DNA of 32,000 nucleotides from Propionibacterium ruminifibrarum (lineage in GTDB: Bacteria; Actinomycetota; Actinomycetes; Propionibacteriales; Propionibacteriaceae), in assembly GCF_900289195.1 (NCBI RefSeq), contig NZ_OMOH01000001.1, forward strand, positions 90,001 through 122,000. Direction: 5' to 3'. Shown piece by piece: positions 29,053-32,000 of the stretch. Position 1 is the first letter of the stretch; each line of letters starts with the position of its first letter. A model generated the notes under the pieces. It was not told the DNA's origin, ran no database searches, and worked only from the letters and a program-made list of their open reading frames with translations. The translations under genes were made by a program, and so were the position numbers.

Positions 29053-29880
29053 TCACAGGTTGCGCCGGCGCAGGTAGCGCTGGAACTCGGCCGCCAGGGT
29101 GTCGCCCGTCGTGTCGGGCAGCTCCTCGGCGTCCTGCTGCTCCTCGAGGTCACTGATGTACTCGGCGACGTCCGGGTCATTGCTGGCCAGCTCGTTCACC
29201 CCGCGCTCCCAGGCCTGCGCCAGCTCGGGGATCTCGCCCGGGTCGAGCGCCTCGTCGACCAGGTCCTCGACCCGGGTCAGCAGGCTCAGCGTGGCCTTCG
29301 GGCTCGGGGGAGTGGCGACGTAGTGCGGCACCGAGGCCCACAGTGTCACGCAGGTCAGGCCCACCCGATCGCAGGCGTCCGCCAGCACGCCGACGATGCC
29401 GACCGGACCCTCGTAGTCGCTCGGGGCGATGCCGAGTTCTGTCGTCAGACCACCATGACTGGACGACGCGTTGACCGGCAGCGGACGCGAGTGCGGCGAG
29501 TCGGTGAGCATCGCCCCCAGGACGATGACGATCTCCGGCTCGGCCGAGCGGATCGCCGACACCAGCGAGGTGCAGTACGACCGCCAGTGCATGTTCGGTT
29601 CGGGGCCCGAGATGAGCAGGGCGTCGCGGTGCGGAAGGTGACACAGCGAGACCTCGGTGGCCGGCCAGCTGATCTGCGGCTCGTTGTCGATGAGTTCGAC
29701 CCGCGGGCGGGTGGCCTGGAAGTCGTAGTACTCCTCGGAGTCGAGGCGGTACTGCAGCTCGGTGGGGTAGGTGCTCGCCAGATGCCTGATCACGCCAGTG
29801 GCGGCGTCCGCGGCGTCGTTCCAGCCCTCGAAGGCGGCGATCACGACGGACGGCATGCGCGACTCAACTGACTCGGCCAT
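29053..29880 (-). CDS. PAC2 (proteasome assembly chaperone 2-like) family protein
   Basis: The 275-aa protein begins MAESVESRMPSVVIAAFEGWNDAADAATGV..., which is typical of actinobacterial PAC2-family proteins. Its C-terminal tail is acidic. It is divergent from metH. Confidence 0.75.
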   Translation of the reverse strand: MAESVESRMPSVVIAAFEGWNDAADAATGVIRHLASTYPTELQYRLDSEEYYDFQATRPRVELIDNEPQISWPATEVSLCHLPHRDALLISGPEPNMHWRSYCTSLVSAIRSAEPEIVIVLGAMLTDSPHSRPLPVNASSSHGGLTTELGIAPSDYEGPVGIVGVLADACDRVGLTCVTLWASVPHYVATPPSPKATLSLLTRVEDLVDEALDPGEIPELAQAWERGVNELASNDPDVAEYISDLEEQQDAEELPDTTGDTLAAEFQRYLRRRNL

Positions 29881-30030
29881 GCCTCAAGGGTAATGACCGG
29901 CTCCAACGCGGCGCCGGCTCCGCGCAGTATTGACGCCCGGCGGCGACCGGGGCTGATGGCGCGACCGGGAGCCGTTCGCCAGATGTGCGCCGGGCGAGAA
30001 CAGCCGCCCGGCCCGCATACGCTTGGGCGG

Positions 30031-32000
30031 GTGGACACGTTGAGTTTGCGGGAGGCCCTGGCCGGCCGAGTCCTCGTCGGGGACGGCGGCATGGGCACGA
30101 TGCTGCAGAACTGGAACCTGACGGGCGCCGATTTCGGCGGTGCCGAGGGCTGCAACGAGATGCTCAACCTCACGCGCCCCGACGTGGTGCGCGCCGTCCA
30201 CGACGGCTACCTGGCCGCCGGCTCGGACATCATCGCAACCAACACCTTCGGCTGCAACTGGGCGAACCTGTCCGAGTACGGCCTCGACGGCCGCATCGCC
30301 GAGCTGGCCGGCGCGGGCGCCCGCCTCGCCCGCCGGGCCGCGGACGAGGCCCCCGGCCAGCGGTGGGTGACCGCGTCGGTGGGGCCCGGGACCAAGCTGC
30401 CGAGCCTGGGCCAGATCGACTTCACCACCCTCGTCACGGCCTACGAGACCCAGCTCGTCGCGATGATCGCCGAGGGCATCGACGGCATCCAGCTCGAAAC
30501 CTGCCAGGACCTGCTGCAGGCCAAGGCCGCAGTCATCGCCGCCAGGCGCGCCTGCGCCAGGGCAGGCGTCGACCTGCCCATCATCGCCTCGGTGACCGTC
30601 GAGACCACCGGCACGATGCTCGTCGGCAGCGAGATCACCGCGGCCCTCGTCGCGCTCGAACCGCTCGGCATCGACATGATCGGCATGAACTGCGCAACCG
30701 GGCCCGCCGAGATGCGCGAGCACCTGCGGGCCCTGTCCGCCCACGCCCGCTGCGGGCTCATGGCCATGCCGAACGCCGGCATGCCCGAGATCACCCTCAC
30801 CGGCGCCCGCTACCCGCTGACGCCCGACGAACTCGCCGAGAACCTGCTGGAGTACACGCAGGACTTCGGCCTGGGCCTCGTCGGCGGGTGCTGCGGCACC
30901 ACCCCCGAACACATCGCCGCCCTGCGCGAGGCGATCGGCGCCGACCGCCCGGTCGCCGACCGGAACCCGGATCACCTCAACGCCGTCTCGAGCCTCTACG
31001 CGCCCACCGAGCTGAGGCAGGACACCAGCTACCTCGCCGTGGGGGAGCGCACCAACGCCAACGGCTCCAAGGCCTTCCGCGAGAAGATGCTCGACGGCGA
31101 CCTGGACGGCTGCGTCGAGATCGCCCGAGCCCAGACCCGCCAGGGCGCCCACGTGGTGGACCTGTGCGTCGACTACGTCGGACGCGACGGCAGGCAGGAC
31201 ATGGCGGCTCTGGCCGCACGCTTCACCACCGACGTGACACTGCCGGTCATGATCGACTCCACCGAGCCCGAGGTCATCCGCGCCGGCCTGGAGCACCTTG
31301 CCGGGCGCGCCATCATCAACTCGGTCAACTTCGAGGACGGCGACCGCCCCGACTCGCGCATCAACCAGGTGATGCCGCTGGTCGCAGAGCACGGCGCCGC
31401 CGTCGTCGCCCTGACCATCGACGAGGAGGGCCAGGCCCGCACGGCCGAGTGGAAGCTGCGTGTCGCAGAGCGCCTCATCTCCACGCTCACCGGCGACTGG
31501 GGCATGGACGAGGCGGACATCCTCGTCGACTGCCTCACCTTCCCGATCGCCACCGGCCAGGAGGAGACCCGCCGCGACGGCATCGAGACCCTCGAGGCCA
31601 TCCGCGAGCTCACCAGGCGCCACCCGCGCGTGCACACCACGCTCGGGATCTCGAACATCTCCTTCGGCCTCAACCCCGCGGCCCGTGTCGTGCTCAACTC
31701 GGTCTTCCTGCACGAGGCGGTCCGGGCCGGGCTGGACTCCGCCATCGTCCACGCGGCGAAGATCATGCCGATGGACCGCATCCCCGACGCCCAGCGCGAG
31801 GCCGCCCTCGACCTGCTGTACGACCGCCGCAGCGCCGGGTACGACCCGCTGGCCCGGATGCTCGAGCTCTTCGAGTCCGTCTCGACCGCCGACGTGCGGG
31901 CCGGCAGGGCTGCCGAGCTCGCGGCCCTGCCGCTGTCCGAGCGGCTGCACCGCCGCATCGTCGAGGGCGAGGCCGACGGGATGACCGCCGACCTCGACGA
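30031..32000 (+). CDS. metH: cobalamin-dependent methionine synthase, N-terminal part (runs off the right edge)
   Basis: Frame 1 is open from about 29940 to the window end, so it is not in the ORF track. The homocysteine-binding domain reads VLVGDGGMGTMLQ, IIATNTF, GMNCATGP and GGCCGTTPEHI. The pterin-binding domain follows (INSVNFEDG, GISNISFGL). The start is uncertain among GTG 30031, TTG 30040 and ATG 29983. Confidence 0.9.
   Translation, partial: MDTLSLREALAGRVLVGDGGMGTMLQNWNLTGADFGGAEGCNEMLNLTRPDVVRAVHDGYLAAGSDIIATNTFGCNWANLSEYGLDGRIAELAGAGARLARRAADEAPGQRWVTASVGPGTKLPSLGQIDFTTLVTAYETQLVAMIAEGIDGIQLETCQDLLQAKAAVIAARRACARAGVDLPIIASVTVETTGTMLVGSEITAALVALEPLGIDMIGMNCATGPAEMREHLRALSAHARCGLMAMPNAGMPEITLTGARYPLTPDELAENLLEYTQDFGLGLVGGCCGTTPEHIAALREAIGADRPVADRNPDHLNAVSSLYAPTELRQDTSYLAVGERTNANGSKAFREKMLDGDLDGCVEIARAQTRQGAHVVDLCVDYVGRDGRQDMAALAARFTTDVTLPVMIDSTEPEVIRAGLEHLAGRAIINSVNFEDGDRPDSRINQVMPLVAEHGAAVVALTIDEEGQARTAEWKLRVAERLISTLTGDWGMDEADILVDCLTFPIATGQEETRRDGIETLEAIRELTRRHPRVHTTLGISNISFGLNPAARVVLNSVFLHEAVRAGLDSAIVHAAKIMPMDRIPDAQREAALDLLYDRRSAGYDPLARMLELFESVSTADVRAGRAAELAALPLSERLHRRIVEGEADGMTADLD

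Noticed and set aside
29881-30030. Possible riboswitch (B12, SAH or SAM) or regulatory element in the PAC2-metH divergent spacer, including a direct repeat CCGGCTCC at 29897-29904 and 29914-29921
   Set aside because: I could not match any riboswitch core sequence I know. The B12 element is expected upstream of metE rather than metH. The 8-mer repeat is GC-rich and could be chance. A covariance-model scan would be needed to settle it.
28846-31950. The + strand ORF 28846-29871 and the minus-strand ORF 29884-31950
   Set aside because: They are antisense shadows of the PAC2-family gene and of metH respectively. The metH frame is absent from the track only because it has no stop in the window.

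Overview
This is a very GC-rich chromosomal segment with strong third-position GC bias and actinobacterial gene content. No finer taxonomic assignment is possible from this window.

Most of it is a conserved housekeeping block on the + strand. Many start and stop codons overlap, which suggests translational coupling. The order is: alaS (3' end), ruvX, mltG, aroC, aroK, aroB, paiB-like, efp, nusB, carA, carB, pyrD, pyrF, then mihF, gmk, rpoZ, metK, priA, fmt, rsmB, rpe, pepC. A minus-strand PAC2-family gene and the 5' two-thirds of metH close the window.

The only clearly accessory segment is a minus-strand three-gene cassette at 13399-19126, wedged between pyrF and mihF. It encodes an MMPL transporter, a YhgE/Pip-family membrane protein and a TetR regulator. 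All three are joined by overlapping stop/start codons.

The most interesting observations are:
- The MMPL protein ends in an extra domain of about 207 aa that resembles a stripped-down ABC ATPase. It has an intact Walker A motif but no room for the signature motif.
- The MMPL gene is coupled to an ABC-2-like YhgE/Pip protein whose ectodomain is a long heptad-repeat region with a cysteine pair at its midpoint.
- The low-GC divergent spacer towards mihF holds a TGATGA-type palindrome array over a predicted promoter, plus a set of mutually exclusive CTCAGGG/CCCTGAG hairpins.
- The PriA homolog has lost the canonical helicase and ATPase motifs.

I did not recognise any rRNA, tRNA, CRISPR array, transposase or integrase. 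The many long antisense ORFs in the track are GC-bias shadows.
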